From NCBI RefSeq assembly GCF_988242995.1, contig NZ_OZ547043.1: 64,000 bases of DNA. One strand, 5' to 3'. The position numbers and the translations under genes were made by a program. Below, piece by piece: positions 42,230-53,100 of the stretch. The notes below the pieces were generated by a model that ran no database searches, was not told the origin of the DNA, and saw only the letters and a program-made list of their open reading frames with translations. Each line of letters starts with the position of its first letter. Position 1 is the first letter of the stretch.

Positions 42230-42993
42230 GCGAACTGATCGTCAGCCGTCAGCAACGAGTATTGTTGCTGACCCTTAACCGTCCCGCCGCACGTAATGCG
42301 CTAAATAATGCCCTTCTGACGCAACTGGTAAATGAACTGGAAGCTGCGGCTACCGATAGCAGCATTTCGGTCTGTGTGATTACCGGTAATGCACGCTTTT
42401 TTGCCGCCGGGGCCGATCTCAACGAAATGGCAGAAAAAGATCTCGCGGCCACCTTAAACGATACACGTCCCCAGCTATGGGCGCGATTGCAGGCCTTTAA
42501 CAAACCACTCATCGCAGCCGTCAATGGTTACGCGCTTGGTGCGGGTTGCGAACTGGCATTGTTGTGCGATGTGGTGGTTGCCGGAGAGAACGCGCGTTTT
42601 GGGTTGCCGGAAATCACTCTCGGCATCATGCCTGGCGCAGGCGGAACGCAACGTTTAATCCGTAGTGTCGGTAAATCGTTAGCCAGCAAAATGGTGCTGA
42701 GCGGAGAAAGTATCACCGCCCAGCAAGCACAGCAGGCCGGGCTGGTTAGCGACGTATTCCCCAGAGATTTAACCCTCGAATACGCCTTACAGTTGGCATC
42801 GAAAATGGCACGTCACTCGCCGCTGGCCTTACAAGCGGCAAAGCAAGCGCTGCGCCAGTCGCAGGAAGTGGCTTTGCAAGCCGGACTTGCCCAGGAGCGA
42901 CAGTTATTCACCTTGCTGGCGGCAACAGAAGATCGTCATGAAGGCATCTCCGCTTTCTTACAAAAACGCACGCCCGACTTTAAAGGACGCTAA
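42226..42993 (+). CDS. paaF: 2,3-dehydroadipyl-CoA hydratase (enoyl-CoA hydratase)
   Basis: 255 aa, crotonase fold. Confidence 0.9.
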   Translation: MSELIVSRQQRVLLLTLNRPAARNALNNALLTQLVNELEAAATDSSISVCVITGNARFFAAGADLNEMAEKDLAATLNDTRPQLWARLQAFNKPLIAAVNGYALGAGCELALLCDVVVAGENARFGLPEITLGIMPGAGGTQRLIRSVGKSLASKMVLSGESITAQQAQQAGLVSDVFPRDLTLEYALQLASKMARHSPLALQAAKQALRQSQEVALQAGLAQERQLFTLLAATEDRHEGISAFLQKRTPDFKGR

Positions 42994-43781
42994 TGATGGA
43001 ATTCATCCTCAGTCATGTAGAAAAGGGCGTGATGACACTAACGCTCAACCGCCCGGAACGCCTGAACAGTTTTAATGATGAGATGCACGCACAACTGGCA
43101 GAGTGCCTGAAACAGGTCGAGCGCGACGACACTATCCGTTGCTTGTTAATTACAGGTGCCGGACGTGGATTTTGTGCTGGTCAGGATCTTAACGATCGTA
43201 ACGTTGATCCCACAGGCCCCGCACCGGATTTAGGTATGTCAGTGGAGCGTTTCTATAACCCACTGGTACGTCGCCTGGCAAAACTGCCAAAACCGGTGAT
43301 CTGTGCAGTTAATGGCGTGGCTGCAGGGGCAGGCGCAACACTGGCACTGGGGTGCGATATCGTTATTGCTGCCCGTTCAGCAAAATTCGTCATGGCGTTT
43401 AGTAAGTTAGGTTTGGTACCCGATTGCGGTGGTACCTGGTTACTGCCACGCGTTGCCGGACGAGCGCGCGCCATGGGGCTGGCACTGCTGGGGAATCAAC
43501 TGAGTGCTGAACAGGCGCACGAATGGGGGATGATCTGGCAGGTTGTTGATGATGAAACGCTGGCAGATACCGCGCAACAGCTGGCACGGCATCTGGCGAC
43601 ACAACCGACATTTGGTCTTGGACTTATCAAGCAAGCGATAAATAGCGCTGAAACCAATACGCTTGATACGCAACTGGATCTGGAACGTGACTATCAGCGA
43701 CTTGCCGGACGGAGCGCAGATTATCGTGAAGGTGTCAGTGCGTTCCTGGCTAAACGCTCACCGCAGTTCACGGGGAAATAG
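42993..43781 (+). CDS. paaG: 1,2-epoxyphenylacetyl-CoA isomerase
   Basis: 262 aa, crotonase fold. Confidence 0.9.
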   Translation: MMEFILSHVEKGVMTLTLNRPERLNSFNDEMHAQLAECLKQVERDDTIRCLLITGAGRGFCAGQDLNDRNVDPTGPAPDLGMSVERFYNPLVRRLAKLPKPVICAVNGVAAGAGATLALGCDIVIAARSAKFVMAFSKLGLVPDCGGTWLLPRVAGRARAMGLALLGNQLSAEQAHEWGMIWQVVDDETLADTAQQLARHLATQPTFGLGLIKQAINSAETNTLDTQLDLERDYQRLAGRSADYREGVSAFLAKRSPQFTGK

Positions 43782-43782
43782 C

Positions 43783-45207
43783 ATGATGATAAATGTGCAA
43801 ACTGTGGCAGTGATTGGGAGCGGCACCATGGGGGCTGGCATTGCTGAAGTTGCCGCCAGTCATGGACATCAGGTTTTACTGTATGACATTTCTGCTGAAG
43901 CGCTGACCCGCGCAATCGACGGGATACACGCGCGGCTAAATTCACGAGTGACGCGGGGAAAACTGACTGCTGAAACCTGTGAACGCACATTGAAACGCCT
44001 GATCCCGGTGACCGATATTCACGCGCTGGCAGCTGCGGACCTGGTCATTGAAGCGGCGTCTGAACGTCTGGAAGTCAAAAAAGCGCTCTTTGCACAGCTG
44101 GCGGAAGTTTGCCCGCCACAAACGCTATTGACCACTAACACTTCGTCAATCTCTATAACCGCGATTGCTGCGGAGGTAAAAAATCCTGAACGTGTTGCGG
44201 GGCTGCATTTTTTTAACCCGGCACCGGTGATGAAGTTGGTGGAGGTGGTCAGTGGGCTGGCAACGGCAGCGGAAGTTGTTGAGCAGTTGTGTGAACTAAC
44301 GTTGAGTTGGGGTAAGCAGCCTGTGCGCTGTCATTCGACTCCTGGATTTATCGTTAACCGTGTTGCGCGTCCTTATTATTCCGAGGCCTGGCGGGCACTG
44401 GAAGAGCAGGTTGCTGCACCAGAAGTGATTGACGCTGCACTTCGCGATGGCGCTGGTTTCCCGATGGGGCCGCTGGAATTAACCGATCTGATTGGTCAGG
44501 ACGTCAATTTTGCTGTCACCTGTTCGGTGTTTAACGCTTTCTGGCAGGAGCGTCGTTTTTTACCTTCGCTGGTGCAACAGGAACTGGTGATTGGTGGACG
44601 GTTGGGCAAGAAAAGTGGGCTGGGCGTGTACGACTGGCGCGCGGAACGTGAGGCAGTTGTTGGCCTGGAAGCGGTAAGCGACAGTTTTAGCCCCATGAAA
44701 GTAGAAAAGAAAAGTGACGGTGTCACGGAAATTGACGATGTTTTATTGATTGAGACACAAGGCGAGACGGCACAGGCGCTGGCAATACGACTGGCACGCC
44801 CGGTGGTAGTGGTCGACAAAATGGCGGGCAAGGTGGTGACCATTGCTGCGGCAGCGGTGAACCCGGACTCAGCGACCCGCAAGGCCATTTATTACCTGCA
44901 ACAGCAGGGCAAAACAGTGCTGCAAATTGCAGATTACCCAGGAATGCTGATTTGGCGAACGGTAGCAATGATCATCAATGAAGCCCTTGATGCGCTTCAA
45001 AAAGGCGTGGCCTCTGAACAGGATATCGATACCGCCATGCGTCTTGGGGTGAATTATCCATATGGCCCGCTTGCCTGGGGAGCGCAACTTGGCTGGCAGC
45101 GAATATTAAGGCTCCTGGAAAATCTACAACATCACTATGGCGAAGAACGCTATCGCCCATGTTCATTGCTGCGCCAACGAGCGCTTCTGGAGAGCGGTTA
45201 TGAGTAA
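43783..45207 (+). CDS. paaH: 3-hydroxyadipyl-CoA dehydrogenase
   Basis: 474 aa from MMINVQTVAVIGSGTMGAGIA (Rossmann GxGxxG). Confidence 0.9.
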   Translation: MMINVQTVAVIGSGTMGAGIAEVAASHGHQVLLYDISAEALTRAIDGIHARLNSRVTRGKLTAETCERTLKRLIPVTDIHALAAADLVIEAASERLEVKKALFAQLAEVCPPQTLLTTNTSSISITAIAAEVKNPERVAGLHFFNPAPVMKLVEVVSGLATAAEVVEQLCELTLSWGKQPVRCHSTPGFIVNRVARPYYSEAWRALEEQVAAPEVIDAALRDGAGFPMGPLELTDLIGQDVNFAVTCSVFNAFWQERRFLPSLVQQELVIGGRLGKKSGLGVYDWRAEREAVVGLEAVSDSFSPMKVEKKSDGVTEIDDVLLIETQGETAQALAIRLARPVVVVDKMAGKVVTIAAAAVNPDSATRKAIYYLQQQGKTVLQIADYPGMLIWRTVAMIINEALDALQKGVASEQDIDTAMRLGVNYPYGPLAWGAQLGWQRILRLLENLQHHYGEERYRPCSLLRQRALLESGYE

Positions 45208-45622
45208 TAAGGCCTGGCAAAATGCCCATGCAATGTATGAGAACGATGCCTGCGCCAAAGCGCTTGGCATCGACATTATCTCAATGGATGAAGGCTTTGC
45301 TGTAGTGACCATGACCGTCACTGCACAAATGCTTAATGGTCATCAAAGTTGCCACGGCGGGCAGCTATTTTCACTGGCTGATACTGCCTTTGCCTACGCC
45401 TGCAATAGCCAGGGGCTGGCAGCCGTCGCTTCTGCCTGCACGATTGATTTTTTGCGTCCAGGCTTTGCCGGAGACACCTTAACTGCTACTGCGCAGGTAC
45501 GTCATCAGGGCAAGCAAACCGGTGTTTACGACATCGAAATTGTTAACCAACAACAAAAAACGGTTGCGCTGTTTCGCGGTAAATCTCACCGCATCGGCGG
45601 CACCATTACAGGAGAAGCCTGA
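45200..45622 (+). CDS. paaI: Hydroxyphenylacetyl-CoA thioesterase (hotdog fold)
   Basis: 140 aa from MSNKAWQNAHAMYEND. Confidence 0.9.
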   Translation: MSNKAWQNAHAMYENDACAKALGIDIISMDEGFAVVTMTVTAQMLNGHQSCHGGQLFSLADTAFAYACNSQGLAAVASACTIDFLRPGFAGDTLTATAQVRHQGKQTGVYDIEIVNQQQKTVALFRGKSHRIGGTITGEA

Positions 45623-46827
45623 TGCGTGAAGCCTTTATCTGTGACGGAATTCGTACGCCAATTGGTCGCTACGGCGGGGCATTATCAGGTGTTCGGGCTG
45701 ATGATCTGGCTGCTATCCCTTTGCGGGAACTGCTGGTGCGAAACCCGCGTCTCGATGCGGAATGTATCGATGATGTGATCCTCGGCTGTGCTAATCAGGC
45801 GGGAGAAGATAACCGTAACGTAGCCCGGATGGCGACTTTACTGGCGGGGCTGCCGCAGAGTGTTTCCGGCACAACCATTAACCGCTTGTGTGGTTCCGGA
45901 CTGGACGCACTGGGGTTCGCCGCACGGGCGATTAAAGCGGGCGATGGCGATTTGCTGATCGCTGGTGGCGTGGAGTCAATGTCTCGGGCACCGTTTGTTA
46001 TGGGCAAGGCAACCAGTGCATTTTCTCGTCAGGCTGAGATGTTTGATACCACTATTGGCTGGCGATTTGTGAACCCGCTCATGGCTCAACAATTTGGAAC
46101 TGACAGCATGCCGGAAACGGCAGAGAATGTAGCTGAACTGTTAAAAATCTCGCGAGAAGATCAAGATAGTTTTGCGCTACGCAGTCAGCAACGTACAGCA
46201 AAAGCGCAATCTTCAGGCATTTTAGCTGAAGAGATTGTTCCGGTTGTGTTGAAAAACAAAAAAGGTGTTGTAACAGAAATACAACATGACGAGCATCTGC
46301 GCCCGGAAACGACGCTGGAACAGTTACGTGGACTAAAAGCACCATTTCGTGCCAATGGAGTGATCACCGCAGGCAATGCCTCCGGGGTGAATGATGGAGC
46401 CGCTGCGTTGATTATTGCCAGTGAACAGATGGCAGCAGCGCAAGGACTGACACCGCGAGCGCGTATCGTAGCCATGGCAACCGCCGGGGTGGAACCGCGC
46501 CTGATGGGGCTTGGTCCGGTGCCTGCAACTCGTCGGGTGCTGGAACGCGCGGGGTTGAGTATTCACGATATGGACGTGATTGAACTGAACGAAGCGTTCG
46601 CGGCCCAGGCGTTGGGTGTACTACGCGAATTGGGGCTGCCTGATGATGCCCCACATGTTAACCCCAACGGAGGCGCTATCGCCTTAGGCCATCCATTGGG
46701 AATGAGTGGTGCCCGCCTGGCACTGGCTGCCAGCCATGAGCTGCATCGGCGTAACGGTCGTTATGCATTATGCACCATGTGCATCGGTGTCGGTCAGGGC
46801 ATCGCCATGATTCTGGAGCGTGTTTGA
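45622..46827 (+). CDS. paaJ: 3-oxoadipyl-CoA / 3-oxo-5,6-dehydrosuberyl-CoA thiolase
   Basis: 401 aa, thiolase motifs. Confidence 0.9.
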   Translation: MREAFICDGIRTPIGRYGGALSGVRADDLAAIPLRELLVRNPRLDAECIDDVILGCANQAGEDNRNVARMATLLAGLPQSVSGTTINRLCGSGLDALGFAARAIKAGDGDLLIAGGVESMSRAPFVMGKATSAFSRQAEMFDTTIGWRFVNPLMAQQFGTDSMPETAENVAELLKISREDQDSFALRSQQRTAKAQSSGILAEEIVPVVLKNKKGVVTEIQHDEHLRPETTLEQLRGLKAPFRANGVITAGNASGVNDGAAALIIASEQMAAAQGLTPRARIVAMATAGVEPRLMGLGPVPATRRVLERAGLSIHDMDVIELNEAFAAQALGVLRELGLPDDAPHVNPNGGAIALGHPLGMSGARLALAASHELHRRNGRYALCTMCIGVGQGIAMILERV

Positions 46828-46853
46828 GCATATCAACCTGCGAGTAACCTACA

Positions 46854-48167
46854 ATGATAACCAATACAAAGCTTGACCCGATTGAAACCGCGTCTGTTGA
46901 TGAGTTACAGGCGTTGCAAACACAGCGTCTGAAATGGACGCTCAAACACGCGTATGAAAATGTGCCGATGTATCGGCGCAAATTCGACGCAGCAGGCGTA
47001 CATCCTGATGATTTCAGGGAACTTTCAGACCTGCGTAAATTTCCCTGTACCACCAAACAGGATCTGCGCGACAACTATCCCTTTGACACCTTTGCCGTGC
47101 CAATGGAACAAGTGGTGCGCATTCATGCTTCTTCGGGAACCACAGGTAAACCGACAGTTGTCGGCTATACGCAAAACGATATTGATAACTGGGCCAATAT
47201 TGTAGCGCGTTCTTTGCGTGCGGCAGGGGGCTCGCCCAAAGACAAAATTCATGTCGCCTATGGTTACGGCCTGTTTACTGGCGGGCTGGGTGCGCACTAT
47301 GGTGCCGAACGTCTGGGCGCTACGGTGATCCCGATGTCTGGCGGGCAGACGGAAAAACAAGCGCAACTGATCCGTGATTTTCAACCAGATATGATCATGG
47401 TTACGCCATCTTATTGCCTTAACCTGATTGAAGAGCTGGAGCGGCAGTTGGGCGGTGATGCCAGCGGTTGCTCGCTGCGGGTTGGAGTATTTGGTGCTGA
47501 GCCGTGGACACAGGCCATGCGTAAAGAAATTGAGCGTCGCCTGGGGATCACCGCACTGGATATTTATGGCCTGTCAGAAGTGATGGGGCCGGGGGTGGCG
47601 ATGGAGTGTCTGGAAACTACCGACGGCCCAACCATTTGGGAAGATCATTTCTATCCTGAAATTGTTAATCCTCAGGACGGCACACCGCTTGCCGATGGTG
47701 AACATGGCGAACTGTTATTCACCACGCTGACCAAAGAAGCATTGCCGGTCATTCGTTACCGCACGCGTGATTTAACCCGACTGTTACCAGGAACGGCGCG
47801 GACTATGCGCCGCATGGATCGCATCAGCGGACGCAGCGATGACATGTTGATTATTCGCGGTGTAAATGTCTTTCCGTCACAACTGGAAGAAGAGATTGTC
47901 AAATTCGAACATTTATCGCCGCATTACCAACTGGAGGTGAACCGCCGGGGGCATCTTGATTCACTTTCTGTGAAAGTGGAGTTGAAAGAAAGCAGCCTGA
48001 CATTGACGCATGAGCAGCGTTGCCAGGTGTGCCACCAGCTACGCCATCGGATTAAGTCGATGGTGGGGATCTCTACTGATGTAATGATCGTGAACTGTGG
48101 CAGTATCCCGCGTTCAGAAGGCAAGGCGTGTCGGGTGTTTGATCTGCGCAATATTGTTGGTGCCTGA
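46854..48167 (+). CDS. paaK: Phenylacetate-CoA ligase
   Basis: 437 aa, adenylate-forming enzyme. Confidence 0.9.
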   Translation: MITNTKLDPIETASVDELQALQTQRLKWTLKHAYENVPMYRRKFDAAGVHPDDFRELSDLRKFPCTTKQDLRDNYPFDTFAVPMEQVVRIHASSGTTGKPTVVGYTQNDIDNWANIVARSLRAAGGSPKDKIHVAYGYGLFTGGLGAHYGAERLGATVIPMSGGQTEKQAQLIRDFQPDMIMVTPSYCLNLIEELERQLGGDASGCSLRVGVFGAEPWTQAMRKEIERRLGITALDIYGLSEVMGPGVAMECLETTDGPTIWEDHFYPEIVNPQDGTPLADGEHGELLFTTLTKEALPVIRYRTRDLTRLLPGTARTMRRMDRISGRSDDMLIIRGVNVFPSQLEEEIVKFEHLSPHYQLEVNRRGHLDSLSVKVELKESSLTLTHEQRCQVCHQLRHRIKSMVGISTDVMIVNCGSIPRSEGKACRVFDLRNIVGA

Positions 48168-48267
48168 TGTGTCGTCTGGCCCTGGTGAGGTAAAGCGCCA
48201 GGGCCAGAAGTCGATACGACCTGTGCTATGATTCATAAATCACAACAATAACAACAGACTGAATCGA

Positions 48268-49218
48268 ATGAGTAAACTTGATACTTTTATCCAACATGCT
48301 GTAAACGCTGTTCCGGTCAGTGGCACATCTTTGATCTCCTCTCTGTATGGTGATTCACTTTCCCATCGTGGTGGTGAAATCTGGCTGGGTAGTCTGGCTG
48401 CTTTGCTGGAAGGGCTGGGATTTGGTGAGCGTTTCGTGCGCACCGCTTTGTTTCGTCTTAATAAAGAAGGCTGGCTGGATGTTTCCCGCATCGGGCGACG
48501 CAGTTTCTATAGCCTCAGTGATAAAGGCTTGCGCCTGACGCGACGGGCAGAAAGTAAAATTTATCGCGCTGAGCAACCTGCATGGGATGGTAAATGGCTC
48601 CTGTTGCTCTCGGAAGGTTTAGATAAAACGACGCTGGCTGATGTCAAAAAGCAGTTGATCTGGCAAGGTTTTGGCGCACTGGCACCCAGCCTGATGGCAT
48701 CGCCGTCGCAAAAACTGGCCGATGTACAGACACTTTTGCATGAAGCGGGTGTGGCGGATAACGTGATTTGTTTTGAAGCGCAAATACCACTGGCGCTTTC
48801 TCGCGCAGCACTGCGTGCCAGAGTAGAAGAGTGCTGGCATTTAACTGAACAAAATGCCATGTACGAAACCTTTATTCAGTCATTCCGCCCGCTGGTGCCG
48901 CTGTTAAAAGAGGCGGCAGACGAATTAACCCCGGAGCGTGCATTTCATATTCAGCTTTTACTGATCCATTTTTATCGCCGTGTCGTCCTTAAAGACCCAT
49001 TGTTGCCGGAGGAGTTGCTTCCGGCTCACTGGGCAGGGCATACGGCGCGTCAGCTGTGTATCAACATTTATCAGCGCGTAGCGCCTGCTGCTTTAGCGTT
49101 CGTTAGTGAAAAAGGTGAAACCTCGGTCGGTGAACTGCCTGCGCCGGGAAGCCTGTATTTTCAACGTTTTGGCGGTTTGAACATTGAACAGGAGGCGTTA
49201 TGCCAATTTACCAGATAG
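48268..49218 (+). CDS. paaX: Transcriptional repressor PaaX
   Basis: 316 aa. Confidence 0.9.
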   Translation: MSKLDTFIQHAVNAVPVSGTSLISSLYGDSLSHRGGEIWLGSLAALLEGLGFGERFVRTALFRLNKEGWLDVSRIGRRSFYSLSDKGLRLTRRAESKIYRAEQPAWDGKWLLLLSEGLDKTTLADVKKQLIWQGFGALAPSLMASPSQKLADVQTLLHEAGVADNVICFEAQIPLALSRAALRARVEECWHLTEQNAMYETFIQSFRPLVPLLKEAADELTPERAFHIQLLLIHFYRRVVLKDPLLPEELLPAHWAGHTARQLCINIYQRVAPAALAFVSEKGETSVGELPAPGSLYFQRFGGLNIEQEALCQFTR

Positions 49219-49790
49219 ACGGTCTGACTCCGGTTGTACCAGAAGAGAGTTTTGTTCATCCGACAGCGGTATTGATCGGCGATGTTATTCTCGGCAAGGG
49301 CGTGTACGTTGGGCCAAATGCCAGCCTGCGTGGCGATTTCGGTCGTATCGTGGTGAAAGATGGCGCGAACATTCAGGATAATTGCGTTATGCACGGTTTT
49401 CCCGATCAGGATACTGTCGTGGAAGAAGATGGGCATATTGGTCATAGCGCTATCCTTCACGGCTGCATTATCCGCCGCAATGCATTAGTGGGTATGAACG
49501 CGGTAGTGATGGACGGTGCGGTGATTGGCGAGAACAGCATTGTTGGCGCTTCCGCATTTGTGAAAGCCAAAGCAGAAATGCCTGCTAATTACCTGATTGT
49601 CGGCAGCCCGGCAAAAGCGATTCGTGAACTTAGTGAGCAGGAACTGGCATGGAAAAAGCAGGGCACGCATGAGTATCAGGTGCTGGTGACACGCTGTAAG
49701 CAGACGTTACATCAAGTCGAGCCATTGCGGGAAGTTGAACCTGGCAGGAAACGCCTGGTATTTGATGAGAATCTGCGACCGAAACAGTAA
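49200..49790 (+). CDS. paaY: Hexapeptide-repeat thioesterase PaaY
   Basis: 196 aa, left-handed beta-helix repeats. Confidence 0.9.
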   Translation: MPIYQIDGLTPVVPEESFVHPTAVLIGDVILGKGVYVGPNASLRGDFGRIVVKDGANIQDNCVMHGFPDQDTVVEEDGHIGHSAILHGCIIRRNALVGMNAVVMDGAVIGENSIVGASAFVKAKAEMPANYLIVGSPAKAIRELSEQELAWKKQGTHEYQVLVTRCKQTLHQVEPLREVEPGRKRLVFDENLRPKQ

Positions 49791-49822
49791 CAGATGTAAA
49801 ATTATTTTGTCCTTTTAATTAT

Positions 49823-49860
49823 AAAGCAGAGTTATGTTTCAGCTCTGCTTTATTTATTTT
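49823..49860 (+). terminator. Intrinsic terminator downstream of paaY
   Basis: aaagcagag-loop-ctctgcttt hairpin followed by ATTTATTTT. Confidence 0.55.
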
Positions 49861-50120
49861 AGTATTAAATCATACCGTTTTTTTCATTATATGATTATTT
49901 ATAATGGTAATTTGGTTTAATTTATAATATGTATAATATACACAATTCATATATTTCATGGTCTTTTTTTATTCATCTGAATTATAACTGTGAATTATCG
50001 TAAAGTATATTTGATTAGATAATAATCCACTGGCAATATAGGATGTCTTCAATGTTTTAAATAACTAATTGGTCGGGTTAGTGCATCCGGCTTTCTTTAT
50101 ATTCGCCAGAAGGATTTATT

Positions 50121-53100
50121 ATGCAAAGGAAAACTTTATTGTCGGCCTGTATTGCATTAGCTCTGAGTGGTCAGGGTTGGGCGGCAGATATCACAGAGGT
50201 AGAAACCACCACAGGTGAAAAGAAAAATACTAATGTGACTTGTCCGGCAGATCCAGGAAAACTCAGTCCGGAAGAGCTTAAACGCTTACCCTCTGAATGC
50301 ACCCCTTTAGTCGAACAAAACCTGATGCCATGGCTTGCCACAGGCGCTGCTGCGTTAATCACGACCTTAGCCGTAGTGGAACTAAACGACGATGATGATC
50401 ATCATCATCGCAACAATTCTCCACTCCCACCGACGCCCCCTGATGATGATTCAGACGACACTCCAGTGCCCCCAACTCCTGGCGGAGATGAGATAATACC
50501 GGACGTTCCGGATGATACGCCTACACCTCCCAAACCGATTTCGTTTAATAATGACGTTATTCTCGATAAAACAGAAAAAACGTTAACTATTCGCGATTCA
50601 GTTTTTACTTATACCGAGAATGCTGACGGGACTATTTCTCTGCAAGATAACAGTGGTCGTAAGGCAACGATTAATCTTTGGCAGATTGATGAAGCGAATA
50701 ATACTGTTGCCCTTGAAGGTGTGAGCGCAGATGGCACAACAAAGTGGCGATATAATCACAACGGTGAGCTTGTTATAACGGGTGATAATGCCACAGTAAA
50801 CAACAATGGCAAAACCACCGTTGACGGTAAAGACTCCACCGGCACGGAAATCAACGGTAATAACGGAAAAGTTATCCAGGACGGCGATCTGGATGTCAGC
50901 GGCGGCGGTCACGGCATTGATATCACCGGCGACAGCGCGACGGTGGATAACAAGGGCACCATGACCGTCACCGATCCGGAGTCCATCGGTATTCAGATCG
51001 ACGGCGACAAGGCGGTTGTTAACAACGAAGGCGACAGCACCATCAGCAATGGTGGCACCGGCACACAGATTAACGATGATGATGCCACGGCGAATAACAA
51101 CGGCAAAACCACCGTTGACGGCAAGGATTCCACCGGTACAGAAATCAACGGTAATAACGGGAAGGTTATCCAGGATGGCGATCTGGATGTCAGCGGTGGC
51201 GGTCACGGGATTGATATTACCGGCGACAGCGCAACGGTGGACAACAAGGGCACCATGACCGTCACCGATCCGGAGTCCATGGGGATCCAGATCGACGGCG
51301 ACAAGGCCATCGTCAATAACGAAGGCGAGAGCACCATCACCAACGGCGGCACCGGTACGCAGATTAACGGTGATGACGCCACGGCGAACAACAACGGCAA
51401 AACTACCGTTGACGGTAAAGATTCCACCGGTACAGAAATCAACGGTAATAACGGAAAAGTGATTCAGGGCGGCGATCTGGATGTCAGCGGCGGGGGCCAC
51501 GGCATTGATATCACCGGTGACAGCGCGACGGTGGATAACAAGGGCACCATGACCGTTACCGATCCGGAGTCCATCGGTATCCAGATCGACGGCGACAAGG
51601 CGGTTGTCAATAACGAAGGCGACAGTTCCATCAGCAACGGCGGCACCGGTACGCAGATTAACGGAGATGACGCCACGGCGAACAACAGCGGCAAAACCAC
51701 CGTTGACGGTAAAGACTCCACCGGCACGGAAATCAACGGTAATAACGGAAAAGTTATCCAGGACGGCGATCTGGATGTCAGCGGCGGCGGTCACGGCATT
51801 GATATCACCGGTGACAGCGCAACGGTGGACAACAAGGGTACCATGACTGTCACCGATCCGGAGTCCATCGGTATTCAGATCGACGGCGACAAGGCCATCG
51901 TCAATAACGAAGGCGACAGCACCATCAGCAACGGCGGCACCGGCACACAGATTAACGGTGATGACGCCACGGCAAACAACAACGGCAAAACCACCGTTGA
52001 CGGTAAAGATTCCACCGGTACGGAAATCAACGGTAATAACGGAAAAGTGATTCAGGACGGCGATCTGGATGTCAGCGGTGGCGGTCACGGGATTGATATT
52101 ACCGGTGACAGCGCGACGGTGGATAACAAGGGCACCATGACCGTCACCGATCCGGAGTCCATGGGGATCCAGATCGACGGCGACAAGGCCATCGTCAATA
52201 ACGAAGGCGAGAGCACCATCACCAACGGCGGCACCGGCACGCAGATTAACGGTGATGACGCCACGGCGAACAACAACGGCAAAACTACCGTTGACGGCAA
52301 GGATTCCACCGGCACGGAAATCAACGGCAATAACGGAAAAGTTATCCAGGACGGTGATCTGGATGTCAGCGGCGGCGGTCACGGCATTGATATTTCTGGC
52401 GATAATGCCGCCGTCGATAACAAAGGCAATATGACCGTCACGGACGCAGACTCGATCGGTGTACTGATCAATGGCGACAACGCGACACTTGCCAATACTG
52501 GTGATGTGGATGTCAGTAATTCAGCGACGGGATTTGCTATTACCAGCGACGAGGGGAAAATCTCCCTCGCGGGAAGTATGCAGGTCGGTGATTTTTCAAC
52601 AGGGCTGACATTAACTGGCGATAATAATAGCCTGACAATGGCAATGCAGGATCTTAATGTCGTTGGTCAGAAAGCTACAGGTATTAACGTCTCCGGTGAT
52701 GCCAACACAATTGATATAACTGGTAATATTCTGGTTGATAAAGATCAGAGCGCAGACAATGCGGCAGAGTATTTTTATGACGCTTCCGTGGGCGTAAATG
52801 TCAGTGGTCATAATAACAATGTGACACTGGATGGTAAATTAACGCTTGTTGCGGATGGTGAAACTACCACACGTGATGTCTCGAATTTTGATGGTAGCCA
52901 GGAAAATATTTCTGGTCTTATTGTTTCCGGTGATGGTAACAACATCAATCTGAATGGCGGGATTGCATTTGTTGGTGAAATAAATGCGCTGACCGATGGT
53001 TCAGCCATTGCTAACAAACGGACTTTCTTCGGTAATACGCCACTTATTGGTATTGATGGTGAATCGAAGGTATATCTGAATGGTGACTCAACGATCAGTG

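Noticed and set aside
49791-50120. Possible small protein gene or sRNA in the AT-rich paaY-ydbA spacer
   Set aside because: I could not find an ORF with a plausible start and ribosome-binding site, or a promoter-terminator pair, by eye; it is probably an AT-rich upstream regulatory region of ydbA.
50598-52382. 594-aa ORF antisense to the ydbA repeat array
   Set aside because: An artefact of the tandem 294-bp repeats, which keep the reverse frame open; the sense-strand autotransporter is clearly the real gene.
50798-52560. Possible CRISPR array (regular tandem repeats)
   Set aside because: The unit is 294 bp with no unique spacers, sits in-frame inside a protein-coding gene, and there are no cas genes anywhere in the window.
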